A stretch of 64,000 nucleotides of DNA from Trichoplax adhaerens (Eukaryota > Animalia > Placozoa), in NCBI RefSeq assembly GCF_000150275.1, contig NW_002060948.1, positions 2,782,180 to 2,846,179 on the forward strand. Reading direction: 5' to 3'. Positions 38,723 through 53,100 of the stretch are shown piece by piece; within the stretch, counting starts at the first letter, position 1, and each line of letters begins with the position of its first letter. A program made the position numbers and the translations under genes. Under the pieces are notes generated by a model. The model searched no databases. It saw only the letters and a list, made by a program, of their open reading frames with translations, and was not told the origin of the DNA.

Positions 38723-38864
38723 TATACAAGATTGTGCAAAATATTCCTTATTTGGCTATATTTTAAACTATTCGCTCTTAGCTCTTCATGATTACCTATA
38801 CAAGATTGTGTAAAATATTCCTTATTTGGCAATATTTTAAACTATTCTCTCTTCGCTCATCATG
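38723..38864. repeat. 74-bp tandem duplication (2 copies)
   Basis: tatacaagattgtg(c/t)aaaatattccttatttggc(t/a)atattttaaactattc... starts at 38723 and 38797. Confidence 0.9.
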
Positions 38865-39317
38865 TATGGTGTGATTGTAAATTTTTGCTTGTTTATGGAG
38901 TTTCTACTTTGAATCGCAGTATGACATTGTGTCAAAGTACTGCATTTACTGTGTCCTGTATATCAACTACTATGTGAGTGCATTGATTTATTTGAAATCA
39001 TTTCGGACATGGACAGTAATCATGATAACATGATCATTGATCAAGGAAGGGTCTTGGCTCGTCGTTGACGCAGTCGGAAGCATGTGAAAGCTATTTTTAC
39101 AATCAATTTATATAGTCGGCATTAAGGATCATTATCATTGATTGCAAAGAGATTAGGAAAATCTGTATAGATTTAAGATTAGGCTAACCTGAAATTTAAC
39201 TTGTAACTATCTCATTAGCAATGCAATATTGCTTAATAAATTATTCAGAAAACTAATTCTATCGCTCCATACATCTCGCATCCTCATACAATCGTAGCAA
39301 CCAATAGTAGCATTTGG

Positions 39318-39546
39318 AACAGTACAGTACAGGACAGGCCGATTGCTGGCCGAAATGTCCGACTGTCTGAGTCCAGTGTCCACCGTCCAGCAATCCGTTC
39401 TGGCTACTGTACACTATACCATACTGTTCTCACGGTATATACTATACACTAGGATTACGTTGCTGTTCATTTTTCACTTGTATCATTCTCCTTAGAGCTT
39501 GACGGTACTATTCGGTACAGTACTCCACCGCATGGTGTACAGTATA
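39318..39546. repeat. Sparse TACAG/CTGTA patch upstream of TAF5L
   Basis: Contains acagtacagtacagg, tactgtacactatac, ggtacagtact and gtgtacagtatac. Confidence 0.6.
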
Positions 39547-39776
39547 CGATCCGTTACCAATCGGTTGATATCGTCTAGACTGGTGGCCAATGCAAATTTT
39601 AATCGCGCTCTCTAGCACAGCGTTGACTTCGATCACTACTGCCTATGTCGAGCAAAAATCAGTCTAGTTATTTCTCTTAATTCAAGGATGGACTTTTGAT
39701 ATCTTGTACTCGATGTATGCTCTAGTTTTTCATTAAGAAGACCAAATAATTTCTGTTGTAATTCAACCGTTGCGAA

Positions 39777-42700
39777 ATGACCTCATCGCGTTTATCGGAT
39801 CAGCAAGTAATCGACTCAGTTGACAGATATTTAAAGACTCGAAATTACTCGGTATATACCCTTGTAAATTGCCAATTCGTTTTACTTTATGTGCAATTGG
39901 AGTCGTTGATAGACGGTGATTAGAGTATCGTTCTCTTTCGATGGGATTAAAACCGATTTAATAGGCACTAGAGATAGTTTACGAATAACTTGACGCCAAG
40001 ACACTGTTGTGCCTTAACCTTAATATAGCATGATGCTAATGCTGCTATCCAAGATGGCTCGCGTTGAATAGTGTGTATATATATATATATATATCATTGC
40101 TGCAGTCTGCAATAATCTAATACACTGATTAGATTACAGTGTAATATCTGTTTATTTTTGTTTAATTCAAAAGTCAATTTATTCGTGGAGACTTGACTTT
40201 GCTCGAGCTACTGTCTGTAGCATGCAAGGAAAGTGGAAGCAAGTTTCTAGATCTCTACGCTTTGCTAGCTGCAGTATTGGTGATATTGATATCCATGGTG
40301 ATAATCGGCGATAGTGTACTCGTACTTTATCTTATAGTACGGTACAATGGCCAAGATTAGTCAATATATCTACTTGCTCAGCTGCAGAAAACCTTTCTTG
40401 CTTTTACAATCTATGATTGGGATATAGTAATCGTGTATGACTATTCATTATCCAACGCCTAGAAATACTTTGAGAGTGAAATAAATCGAAAATTCTGATG
40501 GATGATAATATTGCTGAATTGTACCAGTTTGCTATTGGCGTTGAATAAATTACAGAAATTACTCTACACTTATTTCTATTATTACTAAATATCAATCTTG
40601 CATTCTCAATAGACTTACGATTTTCTTTTAGCAGGCACAGAATGGAAGTCATTCATTAATGGATCATAGCTTGATGAACTATTTACAAAGTGAAGCTAGC
40701 GTATCAAATGTATCTTGTCTAGGAATTCAGTAAGTAAAACTGTGCGTTACTTTATCTGGTGCAGGAGCCACGCAGCAGTACAAATATTACTCATGTTTTC
40801 CGCTCATTCATGCAATGAATACTACAATAAAGTTGCTATAATGATACTATACTTCATAACGATCCATGAAAGTATTCTAGAGCTATATATTTATGTAAAT
40901 GACAATATTATGGATAGAGTAGTCGTACTGAAGGTTTCAAATTTCAAGCCATCAATAATGTGTTTGCTTACTTGGTGTATGAACTGATTGTGTAAAGTTA
41001 ACATTCTACGCGGATAGAAATATGCAACACGCATATCGTATGCACAATTCGCATTGACTGCAAATCATTAATGCATAGCAGTAGTTGTAAACGTAGCCTG
41101 CTTGTAAATAAGCATGATTTTACTTTAGTATCATCTTATCATGTAACTTTATATATTTTTGAATGGATAGAAATAATCCGGAAAAAATCGACAGCCAATT
41201 TTCAGAGTAAGAATTTGCAAATTTAATTTATTATTGTCTTTAAACTAATTTAAATTTTTGCCTCTAATATTTGTCAGGTTCCTGTCATTCGTGGATAACT
41301 GTGAAGATCTAGATTTCAAAGTGAGTTTACTATCTCTTCATTCAGTTAACGTCTACTGCTTCTTTCAATCGCGGTATTTTGTCCTCGATTAATGATTATT
41401 ACTGTTAGTTTTGCGTATAATATGATATTCATTACTGTAAAAATAATTTATGGACACTTAGTACTCGTTAATCTATCATAATGCATTTTATGCTTTTAAC
41501 TAACACGATATTCCGGATATACAAATTTTATTAAAGATATATCAATTAACAATTTTCGTAAATTCTCTAAGTTCACTTTTTCCAGTAATTTTTATTGTGC
41601 TTTTTAATTTTAAGTGACGGGATGTAGTAGTCTTTGTGGCCCTTTTTAATCTTTAATATACATATTTCTATTCTAGTAGATAAGATGCACTATTCGCTAG
41701 GTTAAAAGACTCTTCAATTATTATCTATTGCAGACCTATTAGACTCTGTCTTATAAATTAACATGTATTAATTGTTATGAATTAATATACATCAAGTAAT
41801 GTAAATCCATCGTAACAAGTATAGATTAAGGAGGTTGTAGCATAAACATTATTTATCCACATTCATAATGTATGTCTGTTTTACTGGATATATTCTTAAA
41901 TCATAGAATGAATTAACGGCACTCCTTTTTCCGGTATTTGTGCACTCTTTTCTCAAGTTGTTGGCTTTTGGAGATAATCAAAGAGGTAATACAACATTAA
42001 TATATAGAGAATTATTGTTAAAATTAAGAATTTGAAATTTATGAAAAATTAGTATCATAATAATTGAGAATGAGCTAATAACGATTACCAATACATTTAG
42101 ATGGTTACCACCGATGCCACTTCGTAATATGAAATTTTTATGCTAAAACTAAGTAATATGTTGCTTTAGTCCTCAAATTTTTTTCCGTATGCAGTGTGTA
42201 CCTTCTATATATCACTTAGCACAATGACAGCGGTTTATCTATACTGCATGTAGACATACGTGTACTCTAGATTGACGCTGAAGAACTATTAACTATAGTA
42301 ATTTCTGGCACGCAAGACATTAAATTTGCTAATTTTAGACATTTTGTTTTGTTAGGGAAGAAATTTCTGTCAAGTTATTCAGCAAATCTTGCAGTAGATA
42401 ATGCTCATGACATTGAATCACTTTTACGCGCAATTGATGAGGACAATGATAGCGAATTGGTGCTGAAGGACTACCAGTAAGAATGCTTGATTGTTCATTT
42501 TAGTGAGATCAACATGTGTAAGTTTAAAAATATCAGATCTATAATTCAAAGTTTTATAATTCTCCTATTCATATTTGTATTACAGAAGCTATAAATTTTT
42601 TGTTAATTTATCTCTTGAGGCCTTTCAATATCTTATAAATTTCTTAGAGGTGAGTTGTAAAATTTTTCATATAAAAACGATGTGGTTCAATATGGTGCCA

Positions 42701-45205
42701 TGGGGAACTATGTAAATGCTGTTATATTTTGTTTAAATTTTTTAATTGTAGGCGGCTGACCTCTTGAATATATTGAGCATAATAAACCAGCATATTTTCA
42801 TTAATAGTGAGTAATCGGTTATATTGCTTGATGATTGTTACAAACGCTAACCAAGACTACATTTTTTCTAGCTTATATTGAGAGCACAGTTGAAGAAATT
42901 GATGGTAGTGAATATCCATCACAAGGTTAGCTATGATTAAGCCTCTATTGTATTGCATATCAAAAAATATCGACTAAACTGAAGGAAATAAAATATTTTT
43001 GTTCTTCGCCTGTCAGAAATAATGGAGGGTGATATGGCCAACCTCCAATCGAATTCTAGCGTGTATGTTGTTCAATGTTTGATCCTATATTCATTGAAAT
43101 TATTGCAGTAGGTAAAATTTTAGCACATCACTAAATAGTTGCAACATATAACTATATTAGGGACGATAAAATTTCAAAATTTCATGACGTTGTTAATAAA
43201 GCCAAAGAATCTCCAACAAATCACTTGCCTAATATACGCTTTTATACTTTCTTAAATGCCTACCAAGGGTAAATATCTACCATAAGTTAGTATATGTCTT
43301 TTTTCTGGTATCTTAAATAGAAACGTTTTACCTATTACTACAGATTGAATACTGTTAGTGTATCAGACAATTGTAAGATATTATGCGGTGGATTTGCTGA
43401 TGCTGCTGCGCGGTTATGGTATCTAAATTTTGGTGAAAGTTTTGCTCTTAATTCAGAAGAAACGTCAAGTCGTAAGGCTTATTATTAAAATTTCATTTAT
43501 TCCGTAGTAGTTGGTGGTGAGAGACAGTTCGCATCTGTATGGTTATAAGATAATTACGCTTTTGTGCATTTAGATGAAATTTATGAATTTGATTTGAAAA
43601 TTGAAGATCAACTCAAAAAAAAGAAAAATCAGTTTAGTAACGTTAAAAATACTAACTACCTCGATGACCACTGGACTAATTTAGAAAATACTTCTTATTT
43701 TATCGTTGGTAATCCAATTACTTAATTCAATACTTTTTTAGAGAGTGCATTACTTTAAGAGCACATAGTGCTGGAATAACTTCATGCTCCTTCAGTGACG
43801 ATGCCAGTTACCTTTTTACCGCCTCCGAGGATGCAACTGGTAAGAATTCTATCAATTGCTAGTTAGCGTTTCTGATCTACAACATATGAGTATCGACTAC
43901 TGTGTCCTAACTTTTGTTTCTATCCAACAGTAAAATTATGGAATACTGAAGACTTGAAGTGCCTTGTTACTTATAGAGGACATGTTTATCCGGTTTGGGA
44001 TGTTGACACCAGGTTAGATTATAGAGATTCTTTTAAAATGTAGCTTATATTTCGTTCCCCAAAATTACTTTATACGTTAAGATCACGAAACATGTATAGG
44101 TAAACTTTTCAACATTTCATCACAGTAAATTTTTAGTTTACTTTGCGACCGCATCTGCCGATACAACGGCTCGCTTATGGAGTACGGAATTTACTCATCC
44201 TTTGCGTATATTTGCTGGACATTTGGATAGTGTGAATGTATGTCAGAATATGGCTTATGAGTGCATATCTACCCTTATATGAGAGGCATTATAAAATTTT
44301 TATAAATCGAAGAAAAATGTCTTTTTGGTTAGTGTGTTAGATTTCATCCGAACTGTAATTATATCGCTACTGGATCTGCTGATAAAACCTGCCGATTATG
44401 GGATATCCAAAATGGTCAAACAGTTCGTTTATTTACTGGACATAAAGTATGTGCTACATGATATGATACCGTTGAAACCGTTACTGTCGATTTTATGAAT
44501 ATTTTTCGTAATACAAACATCAATTTTAAAAATTATGTTATTAAATAGGGCGATGTAATGGCCATGGCGTTCTCACCTAATGGTAATTACTTAGCAACTG
44601 CAGGTAAACACTGTAAGCTGCTCGTAATTTAGTCCTACTAAGTCTTGCTTAAAATGCTTTATTTCAACACAAACACTATTATAGGAACAGATAATTCGAT
44701 ATATTTATGGGATATCTCCACAGGAAAACTTATTCAAGAATATTCAGGGCATACTTCGCCCGTATATTCCATTTCCTTTAGCCCGTGCGGTACACAAATA
44801 GCATCAGGTACAACAATCAATTTATTTGTTCATCATCAAGTTATTTACTAATAATTCTGGAATAGCGTATTCTGATTCGTAAATCATTTGGTAATATCGC
44901 TTACATAGGTGGATTTGAAAATTGTATTAAAATTTGGGATGTAAACGGACCTATACACGGGAGGTTCGAAGAGTAAGTGCAATATCCCAGGAATAATTCC
45001 AATTTTGATACGGTGACTATTAACAGTAAACCGCTAAAATGTCTGCAATGACTGACATTTTTATATGTGAAATTGTTTTCTTGAAATTAGTCCCAATTCA
45101 GATGTTGGGTCTACAACATTTCATGCTAAGGCCACTTCCGTGCAATTTTTGCAGTATTTTGCTGCTAATCATTTAGTTGCTGCTGGTCTATTCGGAAGTA
45201 CATAA
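39777..45205 (+). CDS. TAF5L: TAF5-family WD40 protein, probably TAF5L (SAGA/PCAF-complex subunit); about 21 exons
   Basis: N-terminus VDRYLKTRNYS, NTD2-type ELTALLFPVFVH, and WD40 repeats [63 protein letters not shown] and VRLFTGH. Stop codon at 45203-45205. The TAF5L versus TAF5 assignment is less certain than the family call. Confidence 0.8.
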
Positions 45206-47436
45206 AAAATTTTGAAAATTGATGCGAAGGAAGCATTCATCAAAGGTCCTCGAATCTTATGGAACTGATCTGCTATTTGATATGCTATACTGTCGTTTAA
45301 TTACTATAATGGTAATCTACTGAATGAATATTTCCTTGGATGATATAGTTTAAAGACTATATCCATTCAAGTTTGTATATATTTGCATATTATTTCTTAG
45401 TTTTAAATCGTTTGTAGCATATTAGATAGAGACGAGAAAGAAAATTTTCTCGTCTAATGGATTACAAAGTAAAATTTCTACCAAATAACCTAGATAGCAT
45501 AACTGCTTTCGTCACCTATAAATTATAACTGCGATGGACTGTTTCAGTAATTTATGACAATTTATTTAACAAAATACTTCTGGCTGCGCCTTGTGCGTTA
45601 CTTATTAGTTCTATAAAATTTAAAGATATTCGACAATTGGTTCACAATTAATATAAAATGTATACTATTTTCTATCATTTTGGTAAATTTCAATATCTAT
45701 GCAAGATACTGTACTCTACCTGATGATAGAGTGACTATTAATGTTAATAGTACTTAGTTTATCTGTAATATGATAGTCATGAAAGCGATCGATATATAAA
45801 TAGTGTTCTTGAAATATGTCAAATTAAACTATAATAGAAGGCAATGAATTACTTTGCTATCTATCTAGGATATCTGGCGATGAAATTTTAGAGAAGCAAA
45901 ATTTGTAAAATAATGACGAAAAAGTAATGAATTTTTTAAAATATATCGCTGATAGTTCTCTTAAACACATTCGTATTCGTCGAGAATTATTTGAAATAGT
46001 ATAAAATTAAATAAATATGAATTCGCAGTCGATGCGTTTCTCTGCTTGATTAGTTTGTCGCCCGATAAAAATAATCGACAAGGTAGATTTACTGTATATT
46101 TGTAATATACGGCAACTTCATATCAAATTTGCATTCTAGTGAAGATTCGTAATGAACTCGGGATAAACAACTTTTGATTCTGTAATGTTGTACTGTAATA
46201 GAATTTGATATTATCAGCAATTACCGTGGTTGTTGGTCCAGTTATATCCGTTCACCAATACTAAGTTGTAATTGCATTCCGGGACCTACAACTACATTGC
46301 ATATCTCAATCGTTCTGATCAGGTGAAACTATTAAATAAAGTATGTTCACAAAAATTGATATTGAGGCCGTTAGTTTTATTGATGAAAAGAGTTCGTAAA
46401 GTGTAAGTGATAAATAAACGTGCACACTTCGCTCCTTGCTTGTTGTAGGCCTGTTCTTGCTCTCTCGTTTCAACGTCGGTTAGCAATTTTGAATGGTGGC
46501 AGCGCTCCTTTTGCAGATACTAATTTATTACTTGCACGTGTCAGGTAATAGGTTGAAATGTTTATAAGTAAAGTTGATAGCTTAGCAGGATAACCTTGTA
46601 ATTTTCCGCTGCATTTCCATTCCTATCACGATTGTTTATTACTTAATGGGCAAGTGTCTACTATTCATTTGACGTCATAGAGAACCAATTTAAAAAATAA
46701 ATTATGTACTATAAGGAAAATAGAAATTTAAGAAGTGATTAATATATTGAGTCGTAAATAAGTAAGTTTAGGGATTTTGATAAAATTGAATTTTATCAAC
46801 TGTATAAAGTAACTGCTATTTAAATTAATACTGTAAACTTATCAGTTTACAGTTGATAATATACTGTATTTACTATTACATTTTAGAAAAATTAGTTCAG
46901 AATCTTACATTTCCCTGTATTTATTATTTTTACCGTAAATTTTTCCGATCAAAGATATCATTAAGATTATATCAATCAGCAGATTTTCTTGCCTATCACT
47001 GAATTGATTTACAATAAGCCAAAGTCAACATAATCATTAAGAAGCTATAGTGGACGTTATTTGAGTATAATAAGTGATTTTAATATTGAGCATTGACGTA
47101 GGAGTTGTAATTAATATTGACGTCAAATGATCGAGTCGCATTAATATCCGATAAAATAGATATGCGTCATATCTTTTTGCAGCAAAATCTATACAAGTTC
47201 TGAAAATATTGATGTGGAACTGTAACAGTGTTATATACTGTATTAGAGTAGAAATATCTATGTTAGGATAATTTTGTTAGCCTATCCTTATTTAGTTAAC
47301 TTTTAATTTACTGAAATCAATAGTTATATTAGGGAATGCGAATTATCTACTTACGGTTCAAATCATTGTGATTGTCGTATGTATATATGTCACTGTTATA
47401 AAAAGCTAGTGCTATATTAAAACAACGTACATCCAA

Positions 47437-48156
47437 ATGGAACCTGCTTTCTTCAACGAAAAGAAAAGAAAGGAAGTTTATCTTAGAAAGAAAGCTGAAA
47501 AATACCCTTTAGAATTAAAAAAGGTATCGCTATTCTACTGTTATCTAAAGCGAGAATAAAAATTAATAAAGGTTCAAAGTTAATTTGATATTGAACTTAA
47601 TGATAAGAATAAAATATTTTGTTAAATCATACCAATGTCGATATTATCCATTGTAAAAGATTGAATTGCTTTTGTTGACACTGCTGTATAAAAGCAGATA
47701 ACACATTTTATATTCAAAATATGATAATATTATCATTGCAATTATCTGTCGTGACTTTTATCGCTTCTGATGGTAATCAAGATTGAAAATCCTATTCGAT
47801 ACACACCTCTTTTATCTCAGAATGAACCAGAGAATTGGAAGAGGCATACGGAAGTCTGTATATTGGCATTAATAATGTAGAAAGAATTCTGTAAAGGTCT
47901 GGAAATAATTTACATATCTTAGCATTGATAAGATTTTTTATATTTCGTGATTAATATTGAAAGTAGGTACTAGTAGTATACTACTTTTATTGAATTGTGA
48001 TCAAAATCTAAATATTTAGATAGGACTTGTATTGAAAAATTATTTGAGAACCAATATACAGCGAAAATTGAGATGAATAGTACAGGTTTTTAATTTTGTG
48101 TCTTGAAATGCTACTAATATGAAGTTATTATCATTTGATCACAGTTCAAATCAAAT
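47437..48156 (+). CDS. Unidentified multi-exon gene (or relic); plausible exons 47437-47523, 47821-47857, 48020-48085, 48145-48156, with further exon-like pieces to ~51.8 kb
   Basis: ATG-initiated MEPAFFNEKKRKEVYLRKKAEKYPLELKK|GT, then short AG/GT-bounded segments that join in frame (NEPENWKRHTEV-YRTCIEKLFENQYTAKIEMNST-VQIK). The downstream frame could not be reconciled, and no motif was recognised. Confidence 0.3.
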
Positions 48157-48796
48157 GTAAGTTTTTCTTTTAATAAAGATTTATCAAAATTTTGAAAGCA
48201 CTTTAAAATTTAAATATTGATTGAGCATCATGCTTTAGAGCGCTGATAAAGGCTTTTTCCGAGGGTTTGAACTTGAGATTCAAAGAATCATTATTAATTT
48301 TATGTATAAGTAGGTACCAGTACTGGTAACGGTTGTATTGATGCCTAGGAAATCGTCCTAAAGGCATTACTCTAAAATTTTTAGATATTGCATGAGTAAT
48401 GTCATAGAATAGGAAGTAATTTGGTAAAACTTTATAAAAATTTAGAATATACAAGAAAAATTTCGATAGGTTTTTTTAACAAGAGTTAATATCGAATTAT
48501 GATGCCATCGAGAACGCGCAGATTTCAATTTTATGTTATAAAATTCTTGTATTGATTCCAAATACGACTTAACGATTGAGATTGAGTATTCAGTTTTAAT
48601 AAAGACTTGTTAAAATATAAACAATGAATTAAAGAAGTAATAGGAAACTTGTGCATTTCGTATCTATGGAAAGTTGGAAGCAGAAAGTTTAAAAAAATAA
48701 TCGCTAGTGTTGTAGAGTCTGTAAAATTTTTGAAAATTTCATTGCCGGTATCTTATTAGGATAGGTACCGTAATATTGGTATATCACATATATAGC

Positions 48797-49399
48797 TGTC
48801 GTGGTCAGCTCACGACAAGGAAACCTGGGTCTTTAAATCTGTATAAATACTAAGGCTACAACAGCCAAATGTGCCCCCAACGGGCTAAGAGTAGACTAGA
48901 CTTAGGCTTTTATATTAGTTTATTAAACCAAGGTAGGCTTGACATCCAAGACTACTCTAACTATACGCGTACACTATACGGTCAATCGTCAACTAACTAG
49001 CTAATGAGAGCACCGGGCTTTATGTACCCTAGCTCGGCTGCACTCGGTGCACAGCTTAGGTAAATAACCCTAAAAATATATAGGTTTGTATAGCCGGCTG
49101 TCTATATGGTTCAGTATGGCAGAGGGCGTAAACAACACTAATGAGTTACCAACTAATTAAGAGCCAATTAATAATCAAAGGCTCGGTACAAAGTAACAGA
49201 AATTACTATGTGTGAATATTAGTTGTCACCTCTGTAAGTATACTATTCTGCACAGAGTCTACAACAAGTATGACTAGACTACTAATAAAATTACAATTAA
49301 CAAGTACCTAATAAATAAAGGTTATATTTAACAACTAATAAAATCTTAATTACTGAAACTAACGCTACGATTAATTTACGGAGTCTGTACTCCGTCACA
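48797..49399. mobile_element. Probable solo LTR (~603 bp)
   Basis: TGT...ACA termini, flanked by a near-identical 5-mer ATAGC (48792-48796) / ATAAC (49400-49404). Short hairpins at both ends, internal TATAAA and AATAAA signals, and somewhat higher GC than the flanks. Confidence 0.5.
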
Positions 49400-49751
49400 A
49401 TAACTAAAGTTTAAACTTTAGGTGTTGATAACTTGACTAAAGTCAATGCAGAATCTTCCTTCCATCAAAAAGGATCTTATGAGATAAGCATTGTAGTCGA
49501 TGTAATTTTTTTGGCTGAAATTGCATCACAATTTGAATAGAGAAGTGGAAAACCTGTTTATTTGAATCATTGAATAAGATAGATGCAGGTAAGTATCGTT
49601 AGATTATGAATGCTTTGATATTTATGTCATTTTTCAGTACTGCATGACCAATATCTTAGGATGGGCAGCGGTTCGATAAAGAAATAATTAATTATCTACG
49701 TGTATGTATTAAAAGGATCGGATAAGATGGTGTAGGCTTTTGTGCTATACT

Positions 49752-50113
49752 GCGAAAGAGTGATATTTTATTTCTTATGAATATTAATAAAACCGTATTT
49801 GAATATCTAATGCAAGTATTTATTCGAATTTCTTGTAAGCGGATTTCAATATCTATTTTGATTATAGAATACCCTTCAATTCTAACTTTGAGTCATATAA
49901 TTAAATGGTATAGCTAATTTTAATATACGTAATAGCGAGAGAGTGATATTTAAATTTTTATTTTTCATGAATACTAATAAAATCATAATTGGATATCTAA
50001 TGCAGGAGATCTACTTGGATTTCTTGTAAGTCGATTTTGATATCAATTCTGATTATAGCTTGCCCTTCAAGTCTAACTTTGAGTAATATATTTGAATGGT
50101 ATAGTTGATTTTA
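49752..50113. repeat. Diverged ~180-bp tandem duplication (2 copies)
   Basis: gcga(a/g)agagtgatattt...atatctaatgca...atttcttgtaag...cccttcaa(t/g)tctaactttgagt...aatggtatag starts at 49752 and 49935. Confidence 0.85.
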
Positions 50114-53100
50114 CCACAATTCTTAAGCTAGAAAAAATAGAATCGTTTTCATTTTGTATTCTTTATGTCCGATCAACGCTGATTGCAATTTTACGTTATT
50201 TACCAGGTTTCAGATCGCTAGAATGTCTTTATCGCTTTAATCAAAAGTTAAGATTTATATTTTCATACCGGATCAAACTCGATTTTAAGGTACTGCCATA
50301 GCTGAATTACTTTGGAAATGATAATACTTTTAAATCTCGAATATCCTCATTATCGAAGTTTATACCGGGTAAAATATTTAAGTATTTTAGATCATTCTAA
50401 TGTAATCGTCACAGGTCCAGAACATCGGAGAAGTTAAAAGATGTACAGAATATGCTAATGTCTTAATTGTACTGATACTGTAGTAGCAAGTGTCGTTTAA
50501 TTTTGCGATGTAAAAAGTAAAACAGAATGCTATGCAACAAATAACTAGATTTTCAAAAACGTTTAGATACGTATTTATAAGCTGTTTTGCCGGCTTTACA
50601 CTCGCACTTGTATGTAGCTCAACAAAATATGTTGATACCTTAATGATATCGTCACAGTAGTAGTAAATCTAGGTTATTTTAAGGCTCTATAAAACAGGAT
50701 TCTGTGCCACAAATAACTATATTTTTAGAAAATTCAAGATATATACGTTCAAACACACATTCGTTGGCTCTGTAACTGTAAAATTAATAACAGACACCGA
50801 TATTATTTTCCAGTGTAAATTTATTATAGTTTTTGAATACGTATAGAATTTTTTGATATATTTCGTAACAATTGTCGCGACACTGAATAATGGCTATTAT
50901 CTTGACTAAATAAAAATCAATCATTGTCATTAATTGAAAATGATACTCCATTTTAATTCTGTAGAATAGTTGTCTCTGTAATGCTGCCAGATTAAAATAC
51001 TAAATTTCTTGAACAAGTGTAATCATGCCGTTATTTTTCTATTTATATTGTATTGAATACCAATTTTACTGATTTTATGTTTCGAAAATGGATTGATATT
51101 TGAGATAGACGGTATTGGCAGTTCATTTCGATGTGATGATTCAGTTTGTGAATGGTAAATTAAATATCATTTCAAATCCTTTATTTATTAAGCTCCAATT
51201 ATCTTTAATTGTGCCTTAGTCTTATAAGAAAAGCAGGATGGTCATGATATATATAGAGCTTGCAAGGTACAAGGAAAGAACTGCAATATTTGTAATTAAT
51301 ATCCCTTTATGCTTTTACTTTCGTATGGTTTAAAACTATAAGTAATCAATCAAGAAGGTGTTTCAATAGTCAATAAAACAGCTTAGAATAAAATAAATAT
51401 AATCCTTTAATACGTTTACTAGGCTTACAGGAAAAGCGATATCTATAGTATCTGAAATTAAAAATATCCTCAAAGTATTACAATAAATATCCTCTATGCA
51501 TCCTATTTTACATCATAATTTAGTTGCAATATTTCAGGTATTCGTATACTGTTCTTAACAGTCAGTAACATTCTTTACTTTAAAATAGAAGTGTGTTGTG
51601 ATTCAATAACTTATTCGACTTTTAATATTAATTTTATCAATTAACCGATGTCGGTTTAACGATATAGGAGAGGGAAAATTTTTTTAAAATGGACTAATAT
51701 GGATGTATAGTCTTATTTTATTATACTATAATCTATGACCAATTAATTTTATAGGTTAATATTTCTGGATGTTTTTACATTGATTACGTGAACGTATAAT
51801 TACTAGAAAGAAATGACATCAGGGTTATTAACACAAGGTAATTACTTCACCTAGACATTATTTTTCCTGTTAGGATGTTAGCACCAACAATTTTGATAGG
51901 CTTCAGTTTCAGCCTAATAACAACATCATTCTAAATTTGTCAATGAATACATGAAAAATAGCTTACTACTCATTGATATTGTAAAATGTATTGAAAATAT
52001 AAATACATAAGCAGCTTTTACTGAGAAAGAACAATCAAAATATGAAATTCTATTAGTTTCTCTATTGTAATAGCTACAAAGATTTTATCTAGAAGTACAT
52101 CAAATTTAAAAAAAATAAACAGTACCCACCTAAACAACCTATTTACATATTTTCACACATCACTCGCTATATCAATATCCTTGTATTCGTCCTGTTTATG
52201 GTTAAATGGGTTAGACATAACGATGAAGACAGATAAGCACAGAATAAATCAATTTTATATTTAAGGCAATATGATCATATAAAGCTTACTTCATCAAAAA
52301 TTAGATGAAGTTAAATTTTCAATGATTCAGTTCGTCTTGATTAGCTATCATACGGTATCGTGTAAAATTTTAGTTCTGATCTTGTTTTTCTTCCGAATTA
52401 AGCTAATCGTAGCCAGTTTATAAAATAATCGATAGAATTCTTTCGTTTAATATTAGCTTAATTAATTTCTAGTAATACAAAACTTTGATATGATCTAATT
52501 TTTAAGACAAGCCGCCAACCTTAGTAATAAAAAATAGTAATATCGAAAAGGGTCCAAATTGAAATAGTGTTATGAAGAATTTATAACGGCTGCTACGTAT
52601 TTCAGTAAATTTCCAAAATATTTGTATCTTGCCTATTTGTCGTATCTTGTTCCGAGCTAGAGAACGATTTTATGTTGTTTGATACTCTTAGCGATGCTCT
52701 AGTATTAGTTTATTATGTTAACAATGTGAAATACAATTGATTAATTTTAGTAAACAACTTCAAATTCTATTAAAGTATCTTTAGCTGATTGATAGGAATG
52801 ATAAAGAAAATGTTATGATCATTTTCTAGTGATATACGAGACAGTCTAGTACAACTAATTTAATGTTTCTTAGACGTTGATGCTATAGGTAATTTGACTA
52901 ATATTGGTAAGCAGTTTTCAACTCTGCCTGGCTTACATAAGTGATGAGATAATATAGGATAGATCTCCCTCCATTCACCGTGCAAGTAATTGTTGATCTG
53001 GTCCAATAAATTACCTAGGTGAATCATTTTTTTCCTATTTTGTAAATAGCAGCGGAGAATAATTTTCTTTTGACCACAAAAATTTTTTTAGCAATTTATT

